A stretch of 63,997 nt of DNA, the filler included, from Octopus bimaculoides (taxonomy: Eukaryota), in assembly GCF_001194135.2 (NCBI RefSeq). It is 4 parts of 4 records of this genome, joined end to end, with 100 filler letters (N's around TTAATTAATTAA, not from the genome) between each part and the next. Parts side by side here need not be neighbours in the genome. Positions count along the whole stretch, not along the records: positions 31,230 to 60,889 come from NC_068991.1; 3 more parts are not named here. The stretch is one strand, 5' to 3'. This document shows positions 38,143 through 52,269 of this stretch, one piece after another. The position numbers and the translations under genes are program-made. Each line of letters begins with the position of its first letter. Within the stretch, counting starts at the first letter, position 1. A model generated the notes under the pieces. The model was not told where the DNA came from and made no database searches. It was given only the letters and a program-made list of their open reading frames with translations.

Positions 38143-38269
38143 CGTGTGTGTGTGTGTGTGTGTTTGTATATTCTCTTTCGTTTTTTGATTTAGAGTAAAT
38201 TCTGACTGGTCAGCTACTTGGTAGCAAGGTTGAGAAAGAAACATCTTGTTTCAACCATCATGCATTAAA

Positions 38270-39560
38270 TCTTAAGAAAGTCTTTTTATACGCCAAGATA
38301 TCTGATTTATTTGTAGCGTATGAATTAAGGATTCTTGTTCTTTCCCCAAGTTCCCAAGTTCAGCCATACTTTTTCCAGCAGGGCTGGTATGTATCCTTTT
38401 GCTCCAATAGATATGAAGATAAAAGTGTATGTTGACTTCTGAATTTGCAAACTCCTTATCAATGATCCATAGATGTCCTCTTTCTCTTGTATTTTTCGAA
38501 CCACATTGGTGTCCAGAGAGCAGCTGATTTTCACAACAGAACATATCTTTTTTTTTATGGTCCTACACAATATCTGGTTGGTTGTGTTTTAACTTGGCTG
38601 TTTTAATTTTTAAGTCCCGTCAATAGTTTTTCACTCATCGGTCTCAATATGGTCAACTTCGTCTGTAGGTATTTTCTCTTTTTATATCCTGTTCCAGACT
38701 GTTCCGACCACCGCATCATGCCTCATAGGAAGACAATATCTGGAAGATATCTTCCCGCAGCTGGCAATAATGTAATTGATGTCCCCATTCTTGTTCTTGC
38801 ACAGCCTACATTTGTTTTAACGTTTTCTACCTTTTATGCTGTATGTACTTGGTGAGATATGTACTTCGAAGTGGAATGCCATAAACTTGCCGGTGCTTGA
38901 TGCCAAGCTTTTGACATGATCAATTTCTTTTATGGTTTGTGTTTCTGTGATTCGTGCCAGGTACACATGAATTATCTTTTCAGTGAGCTGATCCATTTTT
39001 TCTGTTGTTCTGATAAATAGATTTTACAAAAGCTTCTTGAGGAGAGATCTGAATCTGCTCTTATCTCATACTTCTCCTTATGTTCATTAACTATTCTAAT
39101 TAGGATTAACTATCCTAACTCGGGCGAGATAGTTACTGGTCTCTTTCCTCTGCTGTAGATGTTTCAGTGATACAAACGTGCAATAAAGACAGCAAATAAA
39201 GCAATAAAGATCTGAGACCACGGCTACCTTCCTTGCGTGGGAAGTATAGCCTATCAACATCTCCTTCGTTGAAGTTTCTTGTAATACTGAACAGCTTGCA
39301 AGTTTGAACGTCTATCTAATTGAGTTCTTGTAGTGACCAGTTCAGAAGGCCGAACGTAAGCGCGCGGACAGGCATTGCAAACGAGTTGTGGGCAATATAC
39401 TTGTTGTAAGCTGAGAGTTCTGATGACCATATTCTCTTTACTCTCCTGAGGTGTCCTTTCCTGATCCTCTCCTTATTTTCCTGTCCATGATACCCATAAT
39501 TGTCACCTGACTGTATAGGCTGTACTAGTCGAGCCGTTCATTTTCAGGTTTACAGGGAAA
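38270..39560 (-). mobile_element. R4/Dong-like LINE 3' region: zinc knuckle plus restriction-like endonuclease; related RT scrap at 40227-40315
   Basis: Minus frames: KCRLCKNKNGDINYIIASCGKI...RHDAV, KICSVVKISCSLDTN, FISIGAKGYIP; [23 protein letters not shown]. Confidence 0.75.
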
Positions 39561-39679
39561 GACACACATTTTCCACAATTTATGCACTTTTGGAATCATC
39601 AAACTTCCTTCCAATGTAGAAATTGGGTAAAGAGGTCTATTTCATTTTAAAATAGATCATATTTGGCGCATAGTTTCAG

Positions 39680-39975
39680 GTCATCGGGAAAGAAAAGATC
39701 GGAAATACTTCTGGATTATTTTTTATGGTCACTATGTTTTCTGAGCAAGTGTGATGGGTTTAAATTGAAAATATCAGTTAAATGTATAAATTTAAATCTA
39801 AAGACGCATTTTGCTTGTTCATTTAAATGTTCTGGAAAAAAATCTGACCCTGGGTGTGTGGAGTTCTACAAATGTTTCAGCCTTTGCATAGAATTAACCA
39901 TTCTGGACTCAGATTATATATATATGCATCATATAAATATTTGTTAGGATCGTAGGTTCATAGTATACAATGACA
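39680..39975 (+). pseudogene. Decayed paralog of the PAN-like first coding exon
   Basis: tttcag|G acceptor; LLDYFLWSLCFLSKCDG...KCIN...ACSFKC...GCVEFYKCFSLC has the same CxxKC and CxxFxxCxxxC spacing as 6333-6657; no in-frame ATG; TAG at 39945-39947; weak donor A|gtagtg. Confidence 0.55.
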
Positions 39976-40324
39976 GTAGTGCCGAATCGCTCGAAGGAAA
40001 CTTTAACATTAAATCATGATGATTTTCTCTATTCACTGATGGGTTTTCAGAGGAGGGTGTAACATCTCCTCAATTTATTGTTAAAAATGCACATTTGGAT
40101 TCGCCAATTTTATTAGAATGTCCGTAGAAAATTTGGTAATGAGGTCCAATTGTTTTTTGTGTTTTTTTTTATGTTATCGATATTTGACTCATACAATAAT
40201 GGTACTTCTGGATAACATTACTGTGGTCATTGTTTTGTGAGCAAGTATGATAGTGGGTTTAGTAAGAGGAAGAAGAGAAACAACGACAGAATGTTACCCT
40301 GAAAGATGCCTCTTGTAAGCATGC

Positions 40325-40357
<33 letters not shown>

Positions 40358-40470
40358 TGCATTTATGTACATATGTATGTATGCATGTATGCATGCATAT
40401 ATGTATATGTATATACACACACACACATATATATATATATAATACACGCGCGCACACACACTCATACACA

Positions 40471-40585
<115 letters not shown>

Positions 40586-40839
40586 CACACATACATAATT
40601 ACTTACATGCGCATGTATATTTGTGTTAAAATATACAAATATGTATGAGTATATCTAAAGCGAGAGAGAGAGCGAAAACAGAGTCAAAGAGAGAGAGGGG
40701 GTTAAGAAATGTAAATAGATTAATTACATTCTGCAGCGGAAACGGACTTAATTATATTTCTATATAAATATGTACATGTTTATCTGTGCGTATGTGTATT
40801 CACACCCGCACGGACGCACACGCGCGCGCACTCACGCAC

Positions 40840-41320
40840 GTAATTGTCACTAAATACGACTAAGGGTGTTAGAACACCTACATTGCTAGAAATAAGAGCT
40901 AGAATGTTCTGGTGCTGTAATTAAAGCACATAACTGTATACATATATGCTGACAGGGACTGTAATCGCCCAATATACCGATTGAGAATTTCTTATACTGA
41001 CCTATCAGTTACGGTTATTTCCGTAGCGTCACCAGTAAGGAGCGCTCGCTCAGCTGATTCTGGGATTAATTCTCTATCAGTATATATGTATTGACCATAA
41101 AACTTTATGGATGATTTAGCGAATCACTAATGTGTATAGAAAAATTAATATAAACAGCCATGAGCAACGTGTTACAGCAAAGGAAAACTCTAATTGTCAT
41201 TAAATGCGACTAAGGGTGTTAGGACACTTACATTGCTAAAAATAAGAGCTAGAATGCGCTAATGTTGTAATTAATGCACATAACTGTATACGTATATGCT
41301 GACAGGGACTGTAACCTCTG
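40840..41320 (-). repeat. Two tandem copies of a PLE pLTR-related repeat; inverted partner at 44510-44684
   Basis: aattgtca.taaat.cgactaagggtgttag...gctgacagggactgtaa occurs at about 40841 and 41191; its reverse complement resembles 12690-12770. Confidence 0.7.
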
Positions 41321-41778
41321 AAAATACCTGTGATAATAATTACTGATATTATTACTGTAACTATACATATAGATGTTTTCGATCTAGTGTGGATTCTTTG
41401 CCATGAAATTTGAATTCTTTGCAATCAAATTTGAAATTTTCAAAGGGACTTTGTAAGATAAACTAAAACGCAGAAAACGGTCAAGGGGAATGCGCTGAAG
41501 TGTTGCAAACGGTAGAAAGTAGGGGTCTTCATCCTCGAAAGAATATTCGATGACCAGAAATCGATTCGAAGCTAGTTTCTCGAAATTGGTGCTCAAGCCT
41601 TGGAAAAAAAAAAAAAAGAATGGTGAAACCACGAATGGCTCAGGAACCGGACTTAATCCTCGGGACCGTATTCCTCACCGCGAGGAAAGTGGATAACTGT
41701 GGTAATTCTAGAGAAATTCTAGATCAAACTAGATCGAAATCATCTATATTATATTCACAACTGTTAATATTACTACAG

Positions 41779-41880
41779 CCAGTTGAAAATGAGGCGTTGG
41801 AATGAAAACGAGACTTTGCAATGAAAACGAAGCTTGGAAATCGTATTCAAATATGGCTGTCTGCTGATCAGCCAGGTTCA
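41779..41880 (+). pseudogene. Probable remnant of paralog exon 2
   Basis: tactacag| acceptor; GAAGCTTGGAAATCGTATTCAAAT (41829-41852) aligns with GAAGCTTGGGAAAATTGTATACCGAAT at 8709-8735. Confidence 0.45.
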
Positions 41881-42012
41881 TGATTAAAGCTACTGCTGAC
41901 GAATACTATACTCTTGTTCTTAGAAGTGTAAAGCCTAGTTACGGCCAATCTTTTCAGCCAACTGTACTAACGAAACTGAGAATTGCTACACTACTAGAAC
42001 TTACTCTTCTAA

Positions 42013-44470
42013 ATGGACAAAGCGCTATGTCCGGAGCATTTCGACGTCGACCCAGCCTCACCTACTGCTGGAAAACGATGAAAGCATTGACATTTTACTT
42101 TTACCAACTACCTAGACTTGCTTAATGCGGCGTAAGAGGATACACTCCACCTGCTCGCCAATCACATTGGCTCCGAGCTGTTTGAATATATCGTGGACTT
42201 CTACACGTACAAGAGAGCCCTTGACATTCTTACCACACTATTATACGTGAAACCAAAGGTTGTATTGTATGCATGTCATCTGTTATACACTTTCAAGCAG
42301 GAGTACGGTCAAAGTTTAGCTCACTATTTCCAGAAGCTCAAGCGTTTGGCGTAAGACTGTGGATACAAAGTTGTTTCGGCTACTGAACATCTCATCGAAG
42401 CTGTAAGAGAAGCCTTCATAATTGGTATGCATTCTAGTAGCATATGCCAGCGGTTGTTGGAGCAAGACAGCCTAGATCTCGACCAAGTCTTCAACCAGCC
42501 CGAAATATGACACTGCACCCAACACCAATGTAGCGGTCACTACGCCTAAATGTTTCTTTCTGTGGCTACAACCAACACCCACGTTCCTAGTGTCCAGTCC
42601 GCGACATGTAAAGCCTGCGACAAAGTCGGTCATTTCCAGCGGGTATGTCAATCGATTCACACAAACAGATGCTTTTTTACATACACAGATCCCACATTAT
42701 CTGTTATATTCTCAGCAGCTCTTTCGGCATCAGTGTGAAGCTTTCACTTTTACCTGAGCTTTGCTCAGATGTCTTACTTGCGCACGATTTTTTGAAACAG
42801 CATGATCAATTAAACATAGCTTTCGGGAGTCTCACACCTCCATTTTCCCTTTGTGGCTTAACGGCGGCTCACGTCGACACTCCTACACTATTCAGGTCGC
42901 TTTCACCACATTGCAAACCTATTGCTACAAAATCCAGGCATCTGTCAGTGCCGGATCAGAAATTTGTCGAAAATGAAGCCAGCCGTCTTTTGCCAGAACA
43001 AATTGAACCATCTTGTTCGCCATGGAACGCGCAAGCTTTAGTCACCAGTGATGAATCACACTAAAGATGAACTGATTGAGAAAATATCTCACTACGAGCT
43101 ATTCACTGCTTTCGATCTTAAGAGTGCTTATCATTAGATCCCTATAGGCGAAGATAAGAAAAAATTACAGCATTCGAAACATGTGGGAACCTGTATCAAT
43201 TCCGTCGTATACTGTTCGGAGTCACAAATGGTGTAGCTTGTTTTGAAAATTTTATCAAACAAATAAAATTAGAGGACATCTTCGCCTACGTTAACATCAC
43301 AACATGCGGGTGCAACTGAAGAGAACATNNNNNNNNNNNNNNNNNNNNNNNNNNNNNNNNNNNNNNNNNNNNNNNNNNNNNNNNNNNNNNNNNNNNNNNN
43401 NNNNNNNNNNNNNNNNNNNNNNNNNNNNNNNNNNNNNNNNNNNNNNNNNNNNNNNNNNNNNNNNNNNNNNNNNNNNNNNNNNNNNNNNNNNNNNNNNNNN
43501 NNNNNNNNNNNNNNNNNNNNNNNNNNNNNNNNNNNNNNNNNNNNNNNNNNNNNNNNNNNNNNNNNNNNNNNNNNNNNNNNNNNNNNNNNNNNNNNNNNNT
43601 CTCACTGAATCTTCCATTTTTCTGATAAAATCGCACCCTTGATACATAATAAGACCTTTCCCCTCCCTGATGTTGTCGAACAATCGTTCCGGAACCTCTA
43701 GTCGGAGCTCGAAGGCGCTGCTTTGATCACCATTGAGCATAAAATATCTTCGGTCGTGAAGACAGATGCGTCTGATATTGCTATCGCCGCAACCTTGAAC
43801 CAGAATGGACGACCCGCAGCCTTCTCCTCCAGAATGCTCGTTCGCAGCGAACGGAACCAATTCCCCGGTTGAAAAGGAAGTCTTCGCCATCATCGAAGTT
43901 CTTCATAAATGAAAGCACTACCTTATCGGAGTTCATTTTCAGTTAGAGACCGGCCAACGGTCTGTGGCTTTCATGTTCAACAATGAACACAAAGGTAAAG
44001 TCAAGAGTGACAATATATTAGGATGGAAGATTGAGCTATCTTGTTTCAAATACGATGTCGTTTATTGGCCGGGTAAGAACAAAGCTGTATCTTCTCCTCC
44101 CACGGATCTTACACAGCTCCACGATTCCTTGTGTCATCCAGGCCCGACGCGATTGCTCCATTTCGCACGGACAAAGAATCTACAATTTTCCACCCATGAC
44201 GTAAAATCTGTGACGTCTCAATGTCGCCGAACTGAAGCCTAGACAGCTTGTGCCACCGGCAGTCAAACTTATGAAGGCCACTCGAGAGATTAAGTGTAGA
44301 CTTAAAGGTTCCACCCCCATCCAGTAATCACAACAAATGTCACCCGCTACTGTCATTCATTGTTTCTGCCAACTATTTTCGATTTTTTGGACTCCCTTCT
44401 TTCATCCATTCTGATTGTGCAGCTGCCTTCATGTGAGCTGAATTCAGACAATTCCTCCATTATAAAAGCA
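42013..44470 (+). mobile_element. Decayed Ty3/Gypsy LTR retrotransposon internal region (gag-pol); LTRs not identified
   Basis: gag MDKALCPEHFDVDP, CKACDKVGHFQRVC knuckle; RT PSCSPWNAQALV, AFDLKSAYH, FGVTNG; RNase H TDASDIAIAATLNQ, EKEVFAI; integrase LHDSLCHPG. Confidence 0.9.
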
Positions 44471-44699
44471 TAGCAACCGATCAGTTTCGGCTATTTCCAT
44501 AGCTTTAGAGCATTTTAGTTCTTATTTTTAGCAATGTACGTGTTCTAACCCTCTTAGTCACATTTAGCGACAATTAGAATTTTCCTTTACGGTAACACGT
44601 TGCGCATGGCAGTTTATATTAATTTTTCTATACACATTAACGATTCGCTAAATCATCCATAAATTTTTATGATCACATATATACTCTCCCCTTCATATT

Positions 44700-45230
44700 A
44701 AATTTAGGAGTAATGAAGTAATTTGTCAAAGCTCTTAATGTGGAGGGTAACTGTTTCAAATTTCTGTGTACAACATTTCCTGGCCTAAGTTATGATAAAA
44801 TAGCGACTGGTATTTTTGATAGGCCACAAATCAGAAAGTTAATGAAATGCCAGAATTTCTCGAGCTGGAAGGCTAATATAGAAAAAAGAGCATGGGATTC
44901 ATTTGTGGATGTTGTGAAAGGATTTTGGGGGAGTTAAAGGGTTGCAAACTACAAGGATTTGATGGAAACATTACTTGATAGCTTTCATCTTTTAGGCTGC
45001 AACATGAGCATACAGCTTCATTTCCACAATAGCCATCTCGAATTTCCTGCTAATCTCGGAGACGTGAGCGATGAGCATGGTGAGCATTTTCATCAACCAA
45101 TCAAGATTATGGAGGGGATATATAAAGGCCGATGGAATACACACTACTGTTGGTGTATTCAAAGAGACTGTGCAGACATGAAATACTCCACATACCCTCG
45201 CAAGCGGAAATTTTTGTTCGATGAATATGT
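44700..45230 (+). mobile_element. DNA transposase C-terminal remnant, resembling the CMC/Chapaev type
   Basis: GIFDRPQIRKL...AWDSFVDVV...LGCNMSIQLHFHNSHLEFPANLGDVSDEHGEHFHQ...YCW; superfamily recalled from the H-x-H and SDExGE motifs, not searched. Confidence 0.6.
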
Positions 45231-45964
45231 AGATATATGTACGATGATTTGTGTTTTATCAATCTTTTGATTAACATAAAAGTGTGAAAAATTCACTTTT
45301 CTGAAAATACAGCTCCTTTGAGAAAATCTATAATTCCTTAAAACATGGGTCACTTGGGATTTTTGCCGTTACACAACCCCCTTGACATCTTCACTGACAA
45401 ATATTGAAGGAGGATGGAAGGTATTCATTTCATCGGAATGCCGGGAATTTTTCGATTATTGATTGTTTTTTCATCAAAATTCTATCCCTTTCTTTAAGGT
45501 TATATTTTTCAAAGGTTTTATTTCAATATCTTAACATATATAATTTCACTGAAAATCGGGGAATGTTATGTATTTGTAACTAGTCTCATTCCCCTTGAAA
45601 ATTCAAGGATTCATCATCTATATCTCCCTGTGGTCGGTAACATCTATTCAACATGCATTTACAACTGTTTGAAATAGTGTCAATACATGCGAAATAATAG
45701 CATTTCTATATGTAGAGTTTTGTGCTCTTACGAAAAAATGTTTTCGCAATTGCTGGTGTAGGTTTATATAAGCGACAAATCGATAAAGGGACGGATTGAT
45801 TGCTTTGTGGTTTTTACCTACATTCTTTACATTTGAAATTCAAATCCCACAGGAAATGATTTTCACTTTCATCATTCTTCATCCGATAAAATATGATAAA
45901 ATATGTATCAAGATATTTGATGTCCTGTGCAAAAACTTTGAATTATCATTGGTTTGAGTAATAT

Positions 45965-46031
<67 letters not shown>

Positions 46032-46222
46032 GACCAATATTACGTTTATATAAGTATGTATGTACACATACACACACACATGTATGTATATGTGAGTATA
46101 TACATAAGTATATGGACATGTAATGTGTATATACAGGGTGTTCGGACTACATTTGACGACTTTTATGGCTCTTTTTTCCAGGAACAGCTAGATGTATTGG
46201 TGAATAAAATAATACCTTACAA

Positions 46223-46256
<34 letters not shown>

Positions 46257-46479
46257 CCGCTCTACTTCCTCCTGTATGGAAAGGATATATAACAAATTAT
46301 TTTAACAGTTTGGGAGTTTACTTTACAAAACGAAATTCTGGAAAAGTATCTGTAGTGGCTTTGCGGCGAAAACTTGCATGTATTTAGGAAAACAGCCCGA
46401 AATCCATCCGGGCCCGTTGTTGAGACTGAGCTCGTCTCATCAATGACCGATATTATACCTTCCTTATTTATGTAGATGT

Positions 46480-47240
46480 ATTCAATGATTGCCTCTTACT
46501 TATGCAGATCTGCAGTGTTGAAGATCTCTTCAGGCTTGCTTATCTGCATGTTTCCCAGTGAAGAGGTGAAGACATTCTGGAATTGTTTACTTATCACTCC
46601 ATTTATCATCATGGGCTCTGTAGTTAGTGAGCCGTCTTCTTCAAACAGTGGTCCTATTATGTAGCGCACGTAAGCAGAATCTTTTGCAAACTTCATTTCT
46701 ATATTTTTCACTACCTTGGTTTTTCCTTCTATGGTTTCCTTTTCATGGGGAAAGTATGAGCTTATTTTCCATCTCTAAAAATGCCTCTATCAGGAGGGAG
46801 TTTTGGCTGTCATTAAGTTGTCTATTTAAGCGACTGGAGATCTTTATTCTTTGCTCCAGAAGGACTTTCCTGACTCGGGGAATCATGTTTTTTGTATGTA
46901 GTTGCTTTCTTCTCTGAGACAAATTTAATGAATATGAAAATTTAATATGTATATTATTGACACGAATTCTTTAAGTTTCATTTCAATGTCTTGCATAGAG
47001 AGTTTTAAGTCAATCTTGTTCAATAGTCCGCTTCTCAGTTGACTTCCAGTCAGCCTTGAAGCAGTTCAGACTGGATAGAGTTTGGGTGTCGTCTGTGTGG
47101 AATACATCATCAATTGGCTTTAGATCATACATTGTCAGTTCTATCATATTGTGGTCTGAGAAGATTGTCGGTGATATCTTCACATAGTGGATAAGATTCA
47201 CATCGTTGGTGAAACAGAAATCTAATATATTATCGTTTCT

Positions 47241-47245
<5 letters not shown>
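46480..47245 (-). mobile_element. CR1/L2-like LINE ORF2 fragment (APE end plus spacer)
   Basis: TIFSDHNMIEL, NCFKADW, IGPLFEEDG...QFQNVFT. Confidence 0.65.
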
Positions 47246-47316
<71 letters not shown>

Positions 47317-47819
47317 GTTGAACCGCTGATGTAACCAAGATGCTCTGGTGATCTAATGAGTTAGCTTTCTTTATTAGCATGAAATTGTGAACTTACAAAG
47401 CTAGCATCTATACTGCACATATGCAACGTATAATTTCTTTGATATTAAAATTAATGCTATATGAAAGAGATTACGAACGGGTTGTAAATGTGTGGAAGTC
47501 ATATGGTTAATATAAATGTAGCTTCACCTCTCACATTTACTAGCTTTGTGCTATGTATATGTATGTATATATATATATATTCTTTTTTCCACCAGACGGC
47601 ACCCAAACTCCGTCCAGTCTGAACTGCCTCAAGGCTGGCTGAAAGTCAACCGAAAAGCGGACTATTAAGCAAAACATTGAAATGAAACGTAAAGAATTCG
47701 TGTTAATAATATACATATCAAATTTCCATATTCATTAAATTTGCCCAAGAGAAGAAAGCGACTACATATAAAAAACATGATTTCCCGAGAGAGACGAAGA
47801 ATAAAGATCTCCAATCGCT

Positions 47820-48042
47820 TTATTACTTGTTTCAGTCATTTGACTGCGGCCATGCTGGAGCACCAATTTAGTCGAGCAAATTCACCTCAGGACTTATTCT
47901 TTGTAAGCCTAGTACTTATTCTATCGGTTCTTTTTTGCTCAAGCGCTAGGTTACGGGGACGTAAACACACCAGCATCGGTTATCAAGCGATATTAGGGGG
48001 ACAAACACTGACACACAAACATATACACAGAAAAATACACAG

Positions 48043-48095
<53 letters not shown>

Positions 48096-48228
48096 TATAT
48101 ACGACGGGCTTCTTTCAGTTTCCGTCTACCAAATCCACTCACAGGGCTTTGGTCGGCCCGAGGCTATAGTAGAAGACACTTGCCCAAGGTGCCACGCAGT
48201 AGGACTGAACCCGGAACCATGTGGTTGG
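47820..48228 (-). mobile_element. SINE family A, running into a gap
   Basis: Reverse complement of the family A body. Confidence 0.9.
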
Positions 48229-48379
48229 NNNNNNNNNNNNNNNNNNNNNNNNNNNNNNNNNNNNNNNNNNNNNNNNNNNNNNNNNNNNNNNNNNNNNNNN
48301 NNNNNNNNNNNNNNNNNNNNNNNNNNNNNNNNNNNNNNNNNNNNNNNNNNNNNNNNNNNNNNNNNNNNNNNNNNNNNNN

Positions 48380-48419
<40 letters not shown>

Positions 48420-48849
48420 ACACAAGCACACACACACTCTCACATACATTTACACATGTTTATCTGAAATTTATGTGTTCCTAGTCCCGCTTTCACCATT
48501 TTTTAAAAAGAATTTAAGGGTAAAATAACCATTTCTATCAAGTATATATGTGCTTCATTGTATATTAGAAACAACAATTTTAGTTTTGTTGTGTTTAACA
48601 TATGATATAAAAGCTTACTTCGACCATACCAGCTTATAGACAATTTCAAGTTGTAAAAGGCCACTTCCTCTATTCTACCTACAGATATATTTATATATCG
48701 CGAGGTATGTCATCATTTAGGTGATGGGGTCTGAAATTTGTTCAAACTTTTGTTGTCTTTTTGTCTAATTTTGGGACCGCTTGCACATTTCAACTCAGCT
48801 CACTGACACTGCAGTTTTTAACATTGTTTAAATTATCAGTAACTGCTTT

Positions 48850-49440
48850 TTACAGATATGTGATGCTCTTCTTCAACTCTCTGTACAACGTTAGATTGTA
48901 TCTGTCGAGGTGCTGATGCACCTTATTGCTTATTGTAAACGTCAGGATATTATAGAAATTAGAAAGCCATGCGGTTCGTCCATCGATTATAAAGTAATTC
49001 TTCTCAGTAATTTTTTTGTCTTCTATTATTACCAAGGTTGTTTTTCCTTGCGTCATCTTCTTTGTTAGTTGGGATAGGCTCTTTGTTTTATTAAAGCATT
49101 TGGCCATAAGTGGGTGTAAGATATCTTTGTATTTTCTCTTCTTCAGGTGACAAGCAATTTCCTTTTTCCTTGGAAGACATCCATTATATTTTCCGCTGTA
49201 TGTCATTCTATTTGTGTGGTGATACACGATTAAATATTGCTTTTCGTGCTATAGGTTAGTTCATTTCATTTATATTTACTTTCCATATTTTCATGCAGAT
49301 ATTTCTAGTTTTTCTTTATTTCGTGGACGCTTTTACTTTTATCGTTGATTGGCTGAGTGCATCAGCTGATTAGGTTTCAATATCCGATTATCTTCCCGTG
49401 TAATTGAAATTTTTCTCCGACTCTTTGCTTGTCAATTCGG
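48850..49440 (-). mobile_element. R4/Dong-like RT N-terminal fragment
   Basis: Minus ORF 48850-49227: TQGKTTLV...KNY...FYNILTFTISNKVHQHL. Confidence 0.55.
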
Positions 49441-49521
49441 AATAACCTAACCTATAAAGATCGTATTTTATTCTTTTAAAAAATCTTAAATGACAAAGCA
49501 CATAGCACTCCAAATGCTGTT

Positions 49522-49560
<39 letters not shown>

Positions 49561-52269
49561 NNNNNNNNNNCCCTCTCTCTTCTCCCCCTCTCTCTCTTCC
49601 CCCCTCTCTCTCTCTTTCTCAGTGTGTATGTGTATGTATATATATATATCTATATCTATGTGTAAAATTGAAGAAATTGGAGTCAGGAAGGAGTACAGTT
49701 GGACATTCATTTATTATTCGCTGCAATTGTTTCGACGCAATGTAGTTCTCCAAGAATACAGGACGCGTCCCGATAGTCAGGTGGTCTATCTGCTGTCAGC
49801 ACTCACTGCGCGGTGGACTGGGCATGCCGTGGTTGATGATGCAAAGACATGCGCTGAGGCTACGGCGTCTCCAGTGCTTCCTTGACGGTAAATAGGTGTG
49901 TTCGCCGTTCGTCAAACACGTAGTTCCCCAGCTAGTTTCCTTAATAGAGCTGCAGTTCTGGGTAAAACAGAGACCGAGGAGGAGCTTTTGGAAAGTGGAA
50001 TGTCTTCAAGCGCTCACAACCGTCAGCCAATCGGACAGTGCGATAGGTAGAACGTCCATTTAAGCTTTTTATAGAGGATTAATGAAGGAAAGATGCGACG
50101 ACGTTCTTGGGTAGAGCTCGCACGTCAAAGATCAGCTATTTGCTCTTTTCCGGAGAACTTTCAGGCCAGGACCAATGGATGATTTCCAAAAATATCTGGC
50201 CTGGCAGTACTACCAGGGAGTTTTGCTTATTCGAGATAAACTTTACAGGCACGGAAGTGCCGTCAAATGAGCATGTCCGTGATGCGCGCAGGNNNNNNNN
50301 NNNNNNNNNNNNNNNNNNNNNNNNNNNNNNNNNNNNNNNNNNNNNNNNNNNNNNNNNNNNNNNNNNNNNNNNNNNNNNNNNNNNNNNNNNNNNNNNNNNN
50401 NNNNNNNNNNNNNNNNNNNNNNNNNNNNNNNNNNNNNNNNNNNNNNNNNNNNNNNNNNNNNNNNNNNNNNNNNNNNNNNNNNNNNNNNNNNNNNNNNNNN
50501 NNNNNNNNNNNNNNNNNNNNNNNNNNNNNNNNNNNNNNNNNNNNNNNNNNNNNNNNNNNNNNNNNNNNNNNNNNNNNNNNNNNNNNNNNNNNNNNNNNNN
50601 NNNNNNNNNNNNNNNNNNNNNNNNNNNNNNNNNNNNNNNNNNNNNNNNNNNNNNNNNNNNNNNNNNNNNNNNNNNNNNNNNNNNNNNNNNNNNNNNNNNN
50701 NNNNNNNNNNNNNNNNNNNNNNNNNNNNNNNNNNNNNNNNNNNNNNNNNNNNNNNNNNNNNNNNNNNNNNNNNNNNNNNNNNNNNNNNNNNNNNNNNNNN
50801 NNNNNNNNNNNNNNNNNNNNNNNNNNNNNNNNNNNNNNNNNNNNNNNNNNNNNNNNNNNNNNNNNNNNNNNNNNNNNNNNNNNNNNNNNNNNNNNNNNNN
50901 NNNNNNNNNNNNNNNNNNNNNNNNNNNNNNNNNNNNNNNNNNNNNNNNNNNNNNNNNNNNNNNNNNNNNNNNNNNNNNNNNNNNNNNNNNNNNNNNNNNN
51001 NNNNNNNNNNNNNNNNNNNNNNNNNNNNNNNNNNNNNNNNNNNNNNNNNNNNNNNNNNNNNNGTGTATCTCCAAAAGTTAACTGTTTATTTTGTTGCAAA
51101 ACGTTTGTCAAAAACCACCACATTTGCACAGGTTTGTTTGTGCTCCTCTGGGAAAGAGGCAATTCCGAAAATGTTCATTTTGTTTTGAAAAAATGTTTTC
51201 TATAAATGTATGATATATAAACAGACGCCAGATTTGCTAAAAGATATGGAAGAGGAAATAAGAGGTAGCTTTAATAGTAATCATAGAGGTGTGAGTTCGT
51301 ATCTCATGGCTGGCCGCCCACACTTTTTTTGCAAAATAGGGGTAGTTTATCCTGTTCAGGCTATATTATTAGCATTATCCTGCGTTTGAGAATTTAAAAT
51401 CACTTCTTTAATATTATTATTATTTCACTTCTCAGAACTCTTGATTTCAATTCCTCCTGCTAATTCTGTAAGGGCGGACAACAACCTTCTTTCTGCAATT
51501 TTGAGAATAATTGCTGTTTGCTTTGAGGAAGTTGTTAACATTTTGTTCTGTTTCGTTGCAGAACCGACCATGTCCCTAACGCATTGACAAATTTCTCTTG
51601 TTCGCAGCCTCTTGGGGCTATATTTTTAATGTCAATATTTTATTGTAAAAATTTCAAGTATAAACAAAGCGGAAACAATACCAGATAGCAAAGATGTGGG
51701 GAAAGAAGGAAATGATTAAAACAGTGGGATGGACTTTGCTGTTCCTTTTTCTCCTTCGCCACTTAATAATGAAAAATCTCCAGCTCTCCTTACCACTTAC
51801 CAACACAAACTCTCACACCTCTTACTGGCATACTTGAACAGAAAATGGTATTTGCAGCAGCCACAAGAACTATAACAACTAGATTAACAGCTAAAAAAGC
51901 GACAACTAGCAGCTGCAATGATGACAGCAGCAGCAACATAAACATTAGAATCAAAAGCAACAACTATAACCCGAAAGTAAAGAAAAGGAAAATAACAACT
52001 ACAAGAAACGTGAGAGAAAAATATGACGACTGAAGTACGGAAGATTGGAGAGAAGGAACAAAATTAGCAGCGACAAAAGAGCAGCTTCACAACCCAACCG
52101 TTTCCCTATTACAACCACCACACAGTTCTAACCCCACTACTATGAACAACGTGAAGAGTGAACCTGCTTTGCGAGCTGTCAGCACCTTTAGGGCAGTGAT
52201 TTCGCTAAAGCAACTCACGTAAACAAATCCCCTATTTTGTGAACGTCACCGTTATCTCCCCCGGAAGCT

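Noticed and set aside
41880-42125. ORF with LRSV and LTLLNG resembling exons 3 and 4 (a possible processed copy)
   Set aside because: LTLLNG overlaps the Gypsy gag start codon in another frame, and the matches are too short to be significant.
44470-44515. Minus-strand GCTA-loop-TAGC-C-GAAAC-TGATCGGT resembling a hammerhead 3' half
   Set aside because: The CUGANGA core has three mismatches and stem I does not pair; too degraded to call.
49720-51240. Possible L1/Tx1 3' end with a degraded hammerhead (CTTGGAGA...CGAAAC on minus)
   Set aside because: A 770-bp gap interrupts it, the frames have many stops, and no stems support the ribozyme; left unassigned.
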